Shown here one piece after another: positions 1-11,550 of a DNA stretch of 64,000 nt (positions are counted from its first letter, which is position 1; each line of letters starts with the position of its first letter). The stretch spans positions 1,440,001 through 1,504,000 of the forward strand of contig CP000066.1 in assembly GCA_000002445.1 (NCBI GenBank), given 5' to 3'. The notes under the pieces were generated by a model, which was not told where the DNA came from, ran no database searches, and saw only the letters and a program-made list of their open reading frames with translations. Position numbers and translations under genes: made by a program. Source of the DNA: Trypanosoma brucei (lineage: Eukaryota).

Positions 1-1182
1 CATATGCGCGACCCCCCTTTTTTTGTTATATGCAAATATTTTGAACCTCACGTACAAAGTGCTTGCTTCTTCTTTAGCTATTTTTTGTATATATTTTTTT
101 AAATCCATTAGGGGAAAAGGCATAAGAAAAGGGATATGAGGGAAGTTGGCTCATCATCAATACAAACACAAGGAGCAAGGCGAAACATTAAAGGGAGACT
201 TCTTCATGGCGGTTCAGTGGTTTCCGCCACTTTCTTTTTTTCTTTTTTAAGTTGCTGATGTTGTGCTTGCTGGTAGACATAACTTCTTTTTCATTTCCAC
301 CCACTCTTTACTTTATGGCAGCGCAGTTCAAGCAATCATTGGGTATCAAAGAGGGCAAATCTGGTGTAGGGGTTAAAAGAATTTAACTATGAAGGAGAAT
401 GTGTTTTCGGAGGGTCAGTAAAAGAAAGAAAAGGAAACTAAAGTTGAAGAGGGAGGTAAACATACGTCACGTAGCATAAAGTTGGTGTAACAATGAAGAT
501 TACTTGTTTCGTTGTGTTTTTTTTGCTTTTTCACGTACTGGTTCTCCATATGTTTTTCTTCATTATGTCTTGGCTGTGTTATTTATCAGGTGAAATTCCT
601 TCATTCTCATGGTTACGCACGCATATTTTTCCATGCCGCTTGTTTTCAGGGTTCCCCCTTTGGGGTTTGTTTGTTTGTTTTCTTGTTGTTCACTATTATC
701 GTCATACATTACATTACTTCATCTTTTCATCCACTTATTCTCTCTTTTCTTTTTATTCTTTTTATTTTTTTTAAAAAAAAACGCTCTTCTTCGGTTTAAG
801 CCGCCACAACAGCGCGCATTAACTTGGAGGCGTACGGTAACCGCATCCACAGGCCGATTTCATCATCTCTCAGGCGTTTGCATAAGGGGTGTTTGAAAGA
901 CAAGTGTTGGATACGGGGGAATTCGCTTCGTCAAGGGTGTGCTGTTGAGGGGCAAGTTTTGTTTTTTTTTTTTGCACAAAAAAAACAACAACAACAATAA
1001 AAAGGTATACATTTTCATTTCTGTGGAGGTCAAAGACTTGCATAGTGGACAAAGAAAAGGAACACACGTAGGGAGAGGTAAAGTGAAGTGAAGAGGGAGG
1101 AAGGGAACTGGAGCCCCCCCTAAAAAAAAAAAAAATAATAGGAAGTGTGTGTTGTCAGTTGAAAACATTGCTGACCTACAAA

Positions 1183-1246
1183 GTTCCCATATTCTTTTTT
1201 TTGTTCTTGAGGAGTTTTATTGTTTATTGTTTTGTTCTGCTTGCAG
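1183..1246 (+). promoter_or_regulatory. Polypyrimidine tract plus AG dinucleotide: putative trans-splice acceptor for the downstream exonuclease gene
   Basis: A T/C-rich run (ttcccatattcttttttttgttcttg...tgttttgttctgcttgcag) ends in AG at 1245-1246, 13 nt before the first ATG at 1259. This is the standard kinetoplastid polyY-AG layout. Confidence 0.5.
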
Positions 1247-1258
1247 ACTGGATTGGAA

Positions 1259-3547
1259 ATGGATTTGAAGGAGAACCGTAGAAGTTGCACGTTTCATGGT
1301 GAGCCAACAGACACGGGTGACGGAAATGCCTATTCCGATACGCAGTGCTGCAGCACTTCATCATGCATAGATAACGTGCAGTATATTGGTTCTAAAGCAA
1401 GTGGTGTGGAACCAACCTTTGGTGATGGGTTAAAGTTACACGACACAACACACTCAGGGCGTGAGGGTCATCGCTTTCAATCCAATAGAGCTCCCGCTAT
1501 TTCTAACCAGGAAAAGTGCCGTACGGTAAGGTTCATTGCTGCGCAGTGGCTTTCGTTGTTGATGAACGAGTCACCCAACGTGGCGATACCGCCTTCTCTC
1601 CGAGGTCGTAGGAACCAAACGCGTCGCCGTCGCCGTCAACAACAACAACATCAGCAGCAGGTCACCAGGCGGGATGAGGAGTTATCCGGACCTGATGGGA
1701 GGGACAATGTGATGGCGGAGGAGGTCGATAGTGATGAGAGTTACTCGCAAAAGAGGATTCTTCCTATTGGCGTCACCAAAAAAGGTGCATCACCAACCCT
1801 CACTGGAAATGACAACAGGCAAGTGGAGGAACCCCGCACCATGACTGGGAATGATACGCCCACATCTTCGTTTGAGTTAGTGCCACGGGAAGAAACACTC
1901 CCGCAGCTTATGGCCGTGTTGAGGGAAGTTGCCCTGGCGGGTGCTTCTTTATCTGATCTCTCGCCAGTAGGAGATGAGGGGGAGATGAGTACTTCACAAT
2001 CGGTAAGCGAGAAAGCGGAGGCGAGTGTGGCTGATGTAGTTACAGGTTCGAGTAACAGTGGTTGCACACCCGCACAAACCCAAGACGAATTGTTATGGAA
2101 GGATATTCGTAAGCAGTTGAACCAAGTGTGTAAACTGGTTCACAATCGCAGCGAGCTAGCGGCAGAACTAAACAGCACCCTCGGTAACGACTGGTATTTG
2201 AGTGATGATGAACTTCGCAAGGATGAAACGCCCCTCAAGGATTATTGTTTCCAGCTTCCTCCACCACAGGTAAGTTGCGTTGACACCCACTCAGCCGCTG
2301 CTGCATCATCTGAGAGGGAGGCTTCAGAACCAATGGAACAACAGCAGCAATTTCAAAAGCAGGAGTGCACCGATCGTACCCGCACTGTGGCTGTCGCCTC
2401 TGCCGGGTCTCGATTAAATCGGGACGCACCTCCGTTTCACTCCCGGTTGTACGTGCCAACACACCTTAGTTCTTCCTCTACAATTTGGGCGGATGCGCCT
2501 GTTTACTATCCGGGGGGTACATCATCACCCGGTAAACAGAAAGAATTGTCTTCACCTTCAGTTGCACATCAGCGTCCTTCTTTCACACAGACTGCGGAAA
2601 GCAGTTCCTTAGGTGGTGCGTCGGTTGGTTCACCCACGGTGCCTCTCACCACCTCTGCAGGGGCATCAGCAGCGTCAAATGTGGGCTCCTCCACAACTTC
2701 GCCGAGCATAACGTTTAATTTAGAGTCGCGTGAAGGTATGATTCGCAGGAGGACGGCTGCAGCAGCAGCAGCGGCTGTGGCCGCAAATCATTATGTTCAC
2801 AACTCGGGAGGTAATTTTTATAGCGGTGGTCGTTCCCGGGGTGGTTGGGGTAACTCCCATTCACCGGTGGTGACTTATATGAACTGTGCACTGTCCCTCT
2901 CGCAGTGTCCTTTTGACTATTTACTTGTTGTAGATTTTGAGGCGACGTGTGAAGAATACGCGCCACCATCGTACTTACACGAAATAATTGAGTTTCCTGT
3001 GGTTGTGGTTGACGCCAAGCTGCAGCGCGTCATAACGGAGTTTCACCGCTACGTGAAACCTAAGGTGAAACCGCAGCTGAGTGAATTCTGCCGCCAACTT
3101 ACCGGCATCCGGCAGGAGGACATTGATAGCGCCGCTCCACTGGAAGATGTAATCAAGCAATTTGAACGCTGGTACGCGCAAACGATACCACCGGGTAGCC
3201 GTACCGTATTAGTAACAGACGGACCTGCGGACCTTCGTGAATTTATGTACGTGCATAGTGTGACACGGCAAGGGATCCGCTTCCCCAGCATGTTTTACCA
3301 GTGGATTGATGTGAAGCAGGTCTTTGCCCACTTTTTCCAGTGTCAGCAGGGGAAAATAAAGGCCATGCTGGAGGTCCTTCAGTGTCCTTTTGAGGGGCGA
3401 CTCCACAGTGGCATCGACGACGCGAGAAATATTGCAAAAATTGTTATTCGAATGCTGGAGGTTGGGTGCTCTTTTTGCGAGATTCCGCTTTGCCGGCTTC
3501 CATATGGTACCACAACCACTGCTGCTGCAGGCCCAGCTCAGGAATGA
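1259..3547 (+). CDS. ERI-1/3'hExo-family DEDDh 3'-5' exonuclease with a long low-complexity N-terminal extension
   Basis: A 2.3-kb ORF. The track start at 1220 is TTG; the first ATG is 1259 (MDLKEN...). The C-terminal domain (nt ~2921-3480) carries the DEDDh motifs LLVVDFEATC (Exo I), HEIIEFPVV, LVTDGPADL (Exo II) and LHSGIDDARNIAKI (Exo III, H-x4-D). From memory it is collinear with human ERI1/3'hExo (DFEATCEE, HEIIEFPVV, LTGI, TDGxWD, HxGLDDSxNIARI). The N-terminal ~560 aa are S/T/Q/R-rich and disordered. Confidence 0.8.
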   Translation: MDLKENRRSCTFHGEPTDTGDGNAYSDTQCCSTSSCIDNVQYIGSKASGVEPTFGDGLKLHDTTHSGREGHRFQSNRAPAISNQEKCRTVRFIAAQWLSLLMNESPNVAIPPSLRGRRNQTRRRRRQQQQHQQQVTRRDEELSGPDGRDNVMAEEVDSDESYSQKRILPIGVTKKGASPTLTGNDNRQVEEPRTMTGNDTPTSSFELVPREETLPQLMAVLREVALAGASLSDLSPVGDEGEMSTSQSVSEKAEASVADVVTGSSNSGCTPAQTQDELLWKDIRKQLNQVCKLVHNRSELAAELNSTLGNDWYLSDDELRKDETPLKDYCFQLPPPQVSCVDTHSAAAASSEREASEPMEQQQQFQKQECTDRTRTVAVASAGSRLNRDAPPFHSRLYVPTHLSSSSTIWADAPVYYPGGTSSPGKQKELSSPSVAHQRPSFTQTAESSSLGGASVGSPTVPLTTSAGASAASNVGSSTTSPSITFNLESREGMIRRRTAAAAAAAVAANHYVHNSGGNFYSGGRSRGGWGNSHSPVVTYMNCALSLSQCPFDYLLVVDFEATCEEYAPPSYLHEIIEFPVVVVDAKLQRVITEFHRYVKPKVKPQLSEFCRQLTGIRQEDIDSAAPLEDVIKQFERWYAQTIPPGSRTVLVTDGPADLREFMYVHSVTRQGIRFPSMFYQWIDVKQVFAHFFQCQQGKIKAMLEVLQCPFEGRLHSGIDDARNIAKIVIRMLEVGCSFCEIPLCRLPYGTTTTAAAGPAQE

Positions 3548-5888
3548 GAAATGGATGCTGCCAACACTCTGCTGTGCGTACCCGCGGTGCTGATGTTGCT
3601 TAGTATTGTTTACAGTTCTTCTTTTGGCTGAGGAGCAGCTCCGTGTGGAGTAACGATGCCTCTGTGTGGGTGCGTTTGTGTATGTATGTGTGGGAGGTGA
3701 AATATGAGAGAAGGAATTGGAATTGACAACCAAGAGCAAAGGAAGGAAAAAGGGAATATACATAAATAAATAAATATATATATATATATATACAGTGAAA
3801 TTTTACCACAGTGAGCTTGTGAGGGAGGAGAGGGAGGAGGACGTGAGACGGAATGGAACGGAGGGATTCAAAAAAAAAAACGAAGAGATATTTGGGGGGG
3901 GGTGGGGGAGAGGAGGGGTTTACAAAACAGAAACAGTTACAATATTTTGGTTGGGTTGGAGTTGCTGTTGTGTTTTTCTAGAGGATGAGGGGATGGAGCG
4001 GGTTGCCAGTGGTGAAATGTGCGCTTGGGGAGTGCGCAGAAGACAATGACAGCGCGGCGAGTGAAAATCGACGTGAAGAGTTGCGAAGGCAAGTACGAGT
4101 TAGAACGAGTCGAAGATATTTCTTTGTTGGGGTAAGTTTATTACCGCTTTTACAATTAGTAAGGCTTCAATATGTATGTGCCCTTTCTCTTTTATCTCAT
4201 TTACTTCCAGATCCCCCATGTGGTAACACTAGTTTTTTTTTCCACGTGAGCGTGGTGTTGAAGTGGTGATGTTATTTCGTTTGAAATGTCGACTTAAGGA
4301 GAGGAAGGGAGGGAAGGGGGGGGGGGAAAAAATAAGGAAAGAAAAAGGAAAAACAATTGCAGTTGTGTAGGCCGGAGCGCACCTGGATTCCGCCTATCAA
4401 TTTATTTCACCGTTTATCTGAGTGTCATATATGGTTAAGTGATCATGCTATACGACCTATATTTGAATGAGTATAAATAAGTATAAATATATATTTATAT
4501 ATTTATATATTTTTGTGTTTTTTTGTTTTTTTGTTTTTTTGTCAAATCAACTAGTTTGGCGAAGGAGCCCAGTTTTTATGTGCATGAGTTATGTACATGT
4601 GTGTGAGCTTGGTGCCAGAGAAGACAAACTTCAGCACCTTCCTATGTTTTTTGAAAGAAAAAAAATTCTTCTTATTCTGCTGTTTTGTTTTACTGCGCTT
4701 GCCACTCATATATTTATATTTATATACGCACATTTTTTTTTGTTTCCTTCTCACTCGTGACGGTTAGTGTTTTTTCATCCAAATACGGGTACGTGTGTGT
4801 TTGTGTTTGTGTATATTTGCACGGGAGGAAGGAGGGAAAAGAGGTAAGTGCAACACTGATGATTGTGTGAAGTTTCTTCTTCATGTCAAAGTATATTTGC
4901 GCTTCTTTCTCTTTTTTTTTTTTATGTTCCCCCTTATTCTCCTTTTTGTTCTTTTTGTTCTTTTATTTCCCCCTCTTTCTTTTGATTCTTATTTTTCCCT
5001 TCTTTCTTCACTCGTTTCGAAAAAAAAAACTGAGAAAATCCAACGGTTGGTGGTGATGGTTGTTGTTGTTGTTGTTGTTGTTTTTATTGTTGGTGTTGTT
5101 GTTGTTTTTATTGTTGGTGATATCTGTGATGCCGTAAGAAGTTTGCTTTTTCATTACCGTTGTTTTTACTGTACCCCTTTCCCTCATGAAAGGAGAGAAA
5201 GGATCTATTTCCTTGTGTGTTAATTCGTTACTTTTTTTCTCCCATTTTTTTTTTCCCATCGTCTTTTCTCAATTTCCTCGACCCCTCCTTTCTTTTGTTT
5301 TACCCTCCGTTTGTGTGTGTTTTTATTCTTGATTTTTTCTTGCTCCCCGTTTGCTTGTTACCGGCTTCAGCCGCATGCGCAATACTTTTTTTTTCTTTTA
5401 GTTGTATTGATGAGGAAATGAAGTGGATGAATGGTTCAGAAAGGAAAATAACAGAGCAGCCGTATTCGGTCGCAGTGTTTCGTACTGGCCATTGAAGATA
5501 TCCTTTCATTGAATTTCTGCTTTCTGTCCGGCCTGTTGCTTTTACACACCACCCGTAGATTGCTGTTGCTCGCTAATCCTCTTGTAAATATCATTTGCTT
5601 CGCGTTATCTCTTCTCTTCTTTTTTTTTTCTCCCCCTCTTAATTACCTTCGTTACACTTATTTGTTCTGAAAAATATACGACTCTATGTGTACAATACAG
5701 TTGTGTTCCCGTAACGTGATTCAGGGAGTGAAGGAAGTGAAGTATAGATATCACCCCCTCCCCAATTTCTTCCCTAAAGGAAGCATACAGCAACAACAAC
5801 AACATCCAAAAAGAGAGGCGTGTAAAGAAGCTGTGGGTATTATTAAGAGGAAAGGCGACGCCGTGCAAAGCGAAACTACGCCATACTT

Positions 5889-6878
5889 ATGGTTTCTTGC
5901 AAGGCAATACCGGAAAGAGCCAGTGCCAGCAGTAACGGCGTGCAACCTCAAGCGTTTCATACTGACAAATGTTATGACGCTGGAGATATAACTTGCAAGA
6001 AGATGACTAAGAATGAAGGCGATGGAGGTCTATCACAAAGAAAGAATAAACCGCGTGGTCGTCCGCAACCTTTTTCACATTTACTTGTGTGTGACTTCGA
6101 GGCGACGTGTGACGCTGATAGTGCCGGACTGTACCCACACGAGATCATTGAGTTTCCGGTAGTGTGCATTGACACCGCACAACTTGCTGTTGTAGCTGAG
6201 TTTCACTCTTATGTTCACCCAGTGCGCCGTCCGAAACTCACCGCTTTTTGTAAGGAGCTGACTGGCATCACCCAATCGGTAGTTGATGACGCACCAACTC
6301 TGCCGGAGGTGATTCAAAAATTTGGTCAATGGGTTCGTGAAGTGGTGTATCCTCTTTGTAAAATGTGGAAACAACAGTATCCTCCTTCTCAGCTGGCAAG
6401 CAACTGTCTGGGTGATTTGGGAAAAAAATTCAAATATGACGAGAAAGACAATAAAGAGTGGGTGGGTTGCGAACGCATGGTTTGCTTCGCCACCGACGGT
6501 CCGTGGGATATGCGTAAATTCATGCATGAATGCAGCGTGGTCCGCGATGGCCACATTTTTCCGCCGCTTTTCTACCGCTGGGTGGACGTGCGTAAGTGCT
6601 TCAAACAACACTTCAACAAGTGGCCGCGGAAACTGGTCGACATGTTGCGGACGTTGCGTCTCGATTTCGAGGGCAAACAACACAGTGGAATTGACGACTC
6701 CCGAAACATTGCGCGTATCCTCATCGAGTTGATGCGCCGCGGTTTCTTTGTGAAACGCGTTAGTACGATCGAATACAAATGTCCAATGGATGTTGGTGGA
6801 GTGATCCTTACACAAGAAATGCGGGAACTCTGTGATGAGGAAAATGCAAAAGCAAAGCAACGACACCTTCGCGAGTAA
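5889..6878 (+). CDS. ERI-1/3'hExo-family DEDDh 3'-5' exonuclease, compact paralog of the upstream gene
   Basis: ATG at 5889. The exonuclease domain (nt ~6081-6760) contains LLVCDFEATCDAD, HEIIEFPVVCID, FCKELTGITQ, CFATDGPWDMRKFM and QHSGIDDSRNIARILIELM, so all DEDDh catalytic residues are present. It is about 45-50% identical to the upstream gene's domain, with a ~40-aa insertion between Exo I and Exo II. Confidence 0.85.
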   Translation: MVSCKAIPERASASSNGVQPQAFHTDKCYDAGDITCKKMTKNEGDGGLSQRKNKPRGRPQPFSHLLVCDFEATCDADSAGLYPHEIIEFPVVCIDTAQLAVVAEFHSYVHPVRRPKLTAFCKELTGITQSVVDDAPTLPEVIQKFGQWVREVVYPLCKMWKQQYPPSQLASNCLGDLGKKFKYDEKDNKEWVGCERMVCFATDGPWDMRKFMHECSVVRDGHIFPPLFYRWVDVRKCFKQHFNKWPRKLVDMLRTLRLDFEGKQHSGIDDSRNIARILIELMRRGFFVKRVSTIEYKCPMDVGGVILTQEMRELCDEENAKAKQRHLRE

Positions 6879-7851
6879 CGTGAAAAGAAGGGGAAGACAC
6901 GGGGAAATGCATGAGATTGACCCTTCAGAAACAACAGACAGCAACAGATGACAACAGATGAAGGCGCCGGCAGCGAATGCAACGATCCCTACTCGTGCGT
7001 TACTGTGGCGTAGGGGCTGGCGGGGGTAGGGTTCCTAACATTGGGTATTTGTTAATTGTGTTCAGATATCACTGGTTTTCTTTTTTGTTTACACCAGAAC
7101 CTTTTGCTGTTCATCATCGTTACAGTTCATTCGTTTCAGTTGCAAGTTACTCCAAACGGATAATAATAACAATTTTTCTTTTTGATGAACGTTTATGACT
7201 GTGTTACACGTCTTCCTTCCTCTTTGATTGCATGTTTAGTACAATTACCTCACCTTTTTTGCGTTCGCTCGGTAACTACCGGGTGGGTGAGGAACGTAGC
7301 AAGGCATTGTGTCAACATACATTAGAGAGGCGCAAAGAAAACTCATCGTCCCAAGGTGACGATTGCAGAAGAGGTACAAAGAAAACAGAAAAGAAAAGGC
7401 TTACTCACGCGGGCGCACACACAGAGAAAGAGAGAGGGAAAGGGTGAAAGAGTGAAAGGAACATAACAAAAGAGGAATCAAGATAAAGGTAGGTAACGGT
7501 AGATAGAAAAAAAAACAACAACATCAGAACCCCATATATCACTGGACTGAGGTGTACAGTGACCCATATATAGAAACGAGCGTAAAAAGGTACTTCAGTA
7601 ACGAAGAAGCTAGTGTGCGCAGTGAATATTGTTTGTATTTTTATTTTTAATCCTTTTCTTTTAGTCCGTACAACCCCACGTACCAGCCCGTGGGGGAGGA
7701 TCTTATTATTATCTTCTTTTTTTTAAAAAAAAAAAGAATATCGCCATATTGTTCCCATAGAATCTGTAACTTTCTCACGTATTATTGAAGCACCAACGCA
7801 AGAGAGGACGACAACTCAGACTGACTCACCAGCCAACTTGTCATCGCAATA

Positions 7852-10800
7852 ATGAGTGACCGTCCCCGACCACCTTTTGGCGTGAAGCTTTCGTTTGGGA
7901 AAGTCGTGCAGGGGCTCGGGTCGGACGGGCGCAGCGCCTTCTTGACACCTCGGGATGTGTCAGCGACTCCCGATTCTAATGTGACGAGGGGTTCAGCGGA
8001 AGCAACTGGGAGAGAACAACAACTAGACACAACTTCAGAACTGCAAAGGAGTTTTCAGTACCTCACCCCTCGCCAACAGCAGAGCATTCTTTCTTTTTGC
8101 AGGCCTTTTACTCCCTCCATGTCGGTTCCCCGTGGAGAGCTTCATTCGTCTATTGGCTCCCGTTCCACTTCACCGGTGGTGGTGCGACCGACCAAAGATC
8201 TGCCCCCAACAAAGGATGCCGTAGATGCCCCTCGGATGCCACCAACAGCGGTGAAAAGGGAAGAAAGTGTATTTCATGACGGAGACGGGCAAACTCCAGT
8301 GACTTCTGTACATTCGAGTGTCGTGGCCACCCAATCAGCGTCTGAGGCCGTAAAGCTCAGACCCCCTAAAATTCCCGCTTCTTCTCCTTCCCCTTCCCCC
8401 TCCCCAAAAGCTGCTGTTGCTAATGCATCCGCAACCAGTGCCACGACTACCACCGCGGGACTTGCCACTACTGCGACTGGTGCGGATGTAAGTGCTGAAG
8501 CGGCTGGAAGCGATGCCGCACCGCAGGGTACTGTGTACAATGTCTGTTCACTCTGTGGCCTCACCGTGCTACTTGGCGGGAGCTTTGCAGAGCAGCAGCA
8601 ACAGTGGCAGGACCACATTAATTCTTGGATGCATCAACGTTGCTTGAAGATGCACGCAAATGCGCGTAACGAGAACGTGTACATTGGTGACACCACAACC
8701 GTTTCTATAGGCTCGCCCGTGTCACCTTCGATGTTGAAGGCATTGGAAGAATTTTCATCATCCATTGCTTCATCGGATGCGGGGCAGTCTGCGGGACGGG
8801 CCATCCGATTGTCCCCTGCTCCCTTGAAGTTGCCAGTTTCGGATGATGTGGTCACGGCGCGAGAACTAGAAGCCAGGCGAATCACTTTCTCGTCAGAGGA
8901 CATCACGCCACGCATTCTTGCTGATAGCAGTGAGCACCTATCGCTTGTTGAGAAGAAACTCTTTACTTCCGTTAAGAAGCCACATGTATCAGGTGATGAT
9001 GCTGAGGTTGTTGGCATACTGACAGACGAAAGGGAGGCAGCCACCGCTGGTAAAGCGACGTGCGAGGGAGGGGCACCGCCAATATGCCAGAAGCGAAAGT
9101 TGTTGAAATCAGTCAAAGAATCCGGAGAAACACCGATTCGAGGAGGGTTCCGGAAGTTTGATGTCAATGCTGACCAAGTAAACACGTCGAGCGGTGCTGA
9201 GATGGACGATGCTGGTCAGAGTAATAGCAGCAAGCGGCACTTAAAGCGGAGGCTAGATAAATACTTGGTTGTCAAAGAAAGGCGACTGTTACTTGCTTGC
9301 ATGCGTCACTGGTTTAACAGTATGTTTGTGCGCGTAACGGACAATTTTTTCTCCGTTCGATCGCGTTCAAGCAAGGAGACACCCGATGCTATGGTGGCAG
9401 CATCTCCTACAGTGAGGTGCAGTCGAACGGATACGCCATTGGATGCGTATGTTCCTGGTGTTGGGCAACAAAAGGCGTCACCGGTGGTACGTAAGGGATC
9501 CAAGAAGCAACCGGAGCTTGTTGCTGTGGAGGCTGCTGCTGGCGGTGGTGATAATGAGAAGGGAGAGTTGTTGTTTATGGCTTCACGTGTAAAAGATTTT
9601 GCGCACATCAAGAAGGACTCTTCCGCGGATAGTTTAGAGATGGAAGTGGGGAAGACGGACGTAAAGTGGTATGTCTCTCGCCCCGCAGGGAATTCGCGGA
9701 AGCGGGGGAAAGTCTCATCCTGTAAACATAAAAAAGATGACTCATCCACCCCGTCACTTGAAGACGACAGTAGCATTGAGGAGCTGCTCTCCTCACTAGC
9801 ACCTCCACTGCAGGAACGTGTGCGAATGGCAATCCGTGGGAAGCCCGTAAGCAAGTCGAAGTTTCCCATGACATCCGAGGTTATTAGCATGATGCGGGAT
9901 TCTGTGCAGCAAGAGGTACAACAGTATAGGGATCAACAGTTGTTTCACCAGTTCCAACACCAACAGCAGCAGCAGCAACATCAGCACCACGAGCAGTACC
10001 ATGACAACTACCAGCACCATCCTGTGGCATCCCGTTCCTCCCCAGATGCTGTGGGGATCCCGCAGCAACCGTTTCTTGAACGTCGGGAGTTTGGCACTAA
10101 TACCAAGGAGCTCGTGAACGAGTCGCTACGCATTAGGGAAGGTGAGGTGGGATCTACCAGTTTCAGAAGGGAGCAAGCCATAGATACCTCCGTACCATAT
10201 GGTTACCTTTCACAAATTTTATCAGAAGAGACCCCCATGAGGACTACCGGCTTAACAGAGGGTGTTGTACCCAACAAAGAAGACGAAAGGGGCGGGAAAA
10301 TACTCGCGAACGCGATGGAAGAAGCCAGCGGGGTTGTGGGACGACAGCTACCCCGTCCGTTTCTACTAGTGGAGGGGCGTAGACAACTGAGTGGCGGATC
10401 ATCAGGGAGTTCAGAATGCGGGTCCGCCATCGAAGAAAGGGGCGACGAAGCACCGCGTCCGCGTTCCAACGGCTCCCCAGATGATTGTATGCGGTATTTG
10501 AATGCTGAAGCGAGTTTTAGCGGAAGTCGGGGCAACTCCCGAGACCGAAAGCACCGGCGAAGACGGTCGCGCGCCGTGGAGGCTGCTGAATCGGAAATTC
10601 GCGAACCGAGGCAAATTTCTCAATCGCATATAACGAATCATGCACGTAGAGGAGCGAGCCGCAAGGGGAGGCAACCCCTTTCCATATCCTCGATTCACTC
10701 CACTTTGCGCGCAGGAGGTAATAGCGAACGTCCAACTTCCCCACAAACAACGCCACGAGTACGAGGGACCTCCGGTTCCAGGGCCTCCTTTACTGTTCGA

Positions 10801-11550
10801 AAGGGGTCTATGGAAGAATGGGATACCTCAAGCTGTACGTTTAGAGGCGTACCAGGCGAGTATTACTGTTATGATGGTGAAGCCTACCAGCATGTGGAAG
10901 ACCCTACAGCCGGTGCATTATGTGATAAGTTAGGTCGGCGGCTCCCGCTGTATTTTGTACGCCGCTGTTCAAGCCCTTCGATGTCCCCTACACGGTTCAG
11001 TTGCATGCCAGTGACGAGGTCTCGTAGTCCCCTCGGACCTGGACGTTTGAACCCGTACTGTAGTGTTTGTGTTGAGCGCTACAACATTGTTATGGTTGAC
11101 GAAAACATGCGGGTCCTCTCCCCTGTAGTTAACAGAAGAGGAGGTGGGACCGGTAACTGCGCCTGCACATTTGCAAACAGGGGAAACTCGGCCAGCGGGC
11201 GCGGCAGGGGGAAGCGAAGATGTTCATCGGCGTCAAACACATTTTCCCCTCACAGAGGAATAAGTCCTGGTGGTTGCGTTGAGACGACTGATATCGGCAA
11301 ACGGAAACGAGGGTCCATCGCCCTACCTACAGGGAAACATCACCGTATTGTGGACCTTGAGGCTCTCTCCAGTGAGCAGGTTTGGCTTCTGCAGCAGGAG
11401 CGTCGTGTTCGCTCAATGATAAAGGCACTGTTACGACATGAGTTTCCTGTTAATGAGAAGTGCCGTCAGTGGGTAGCTTACCTCAACTCGTTGAATGACG
11501 CCGCGGAAGCGCTGAAGACGCTGCAAGTTGTGGACCTGACGGACAAATAA
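7852..11550 (+). CDS. Large hypothetical protein (1,232 aa), mostly low-complexity/disordered, with an H/Q-rich tract
   Basis: An uninterrupted 3.7-kb ORF starting at ATG 7852. It has S/P/A/T-rich stretches, an H/Q tract (HQFQHQQQQQQHQHHEQYHDNYQHH) and basic clusters (RKHRRRRSR). I recognise no enzymatic motif. Confidence 0.7.
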   Translation: MSDRPRPPFGVKLSFGKVVQGLGSDGRSAFLTPRDVSATPDSNVTRGSAEATGREQQLDTTSELQRSFQYLTPRQQQSILSFCRPFTPSMSVPRGELHSSIGSRSTSPVVVRPTKDLPPTKDAVDAPRMPPTAVKREESVFHDGDGQTPVTSVHSSVVATQSASEAVKLRPPKIPASSPSPSPSPKAAVANASATSATTTTAGLATTATGADVSAEAAGSDAAPQGTVYNVCSLCGLTVLLGGSFAEQQQQWQDHINSWMHQRCLKMHANARNENVYIGDTTTVSIGSPVSPSMLKALEEFSSSIASSDAGQSAGRAIRLSPAPLKLPVSDDVVTARELEARRITFSSEDITPRILADSSEHLSLVEKKLFTSVKKPHVSGDDAEVVGILTDEREAATAGKATCEGGAPPICQKRKLLKSVKESGETPIRGGFRKFDVNADQVNTSSGAEMDDAGQSNSSKRHLKRRLDKYLVVKERRLLLACMRHWFNSMFVRVTDNFFSVRSRSSKETPDAMVAASPTVRCSRTDTPLDAYVPGVGQQKASPVVRKGSKKQPELVAVEAAAGGGDNEKGELLFMASRVKDFAHIKKDSSADSLEMEVGKTDVKWYVSRPAGNSRKRGKVSSCKHKKDDSSTPSLEDDSSIEELLSSLAPPLQERVRMAIRGKPVSKSKFPMTSEVISMMRDSVQQEVQQYRDQQLFHQFQHQQQQQQHQHHEQYHDNYQHHPVASRSSPDAVGIPQQPFLERREFGTNTKELVNESLRIREGEVGSTSFRREQAIDTSVPYGYLSQILSEETPMRTTGLTEGVVPNKEDERGGKILANAMEEASGVVGRQLPRPFLLVEGRRQLSGGSSGSSECGSAIEERGDEAPRPRSNGSPDDCMRYLNAEASFSGSRGNSRDRKHRRRRSRAVEAAESEIREPRQISQSHITNHARRGASRKGRQPLSISSIHSTLRAGGNSERPTSPQTTPRVRGTSGSRASFTVRKGSMEEWDTSSCTFRGVPGEYYCYDGEAYQHVEDPTAGALCDKLGRRLPLYFVRRCSSPSMSPTRFSCMPVTRSRSPLGPGRLNPYCSVCVERYNIVMVDENMRVLSPVVNRRGGGTGNCACTFANRGNSASGRGRGKRRCSSASNTFSPHRGISPGGCVETTDIGKRKRGSIALPTGKHHRIVDLEALSSEQVWLLQQERRVRSMIKALLRHEFPVNEKCRQWVAYLNSLNDAAEALKTLQVVDLTDK

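Noticed and set aside
3209-3763. 184-aa minus-strand ORF overlapping the 3' end of the first exonuclease gene
   Set aside because: It overlaps the conserved exonuclease domain on the opposite strand and extends into a (TA)n/(TG)n spacer. It has no motifs and is most likely spurious.
4795-5223. 142-aa ORF containing poly-Val (VVVVVVVVV) from a (GTT)n microsatellite
   Set aside because: The poly-Val run is the translation of a (GTT)n microsatellite, and the ORF is flanked by T-runs within the spacer between the two exonuclease genes. It has no protein-like composition.
6081-6944. 287-aa minus-strand ORF overlapping almost all of the second exonuclease gene
   Set aside because: The sense strand carries unambiguous DEDDh exonuclease motifs, and the antisense product has no recognisable features. 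Long antisense ORFs arise by chance opposite genes with biased codon usage.
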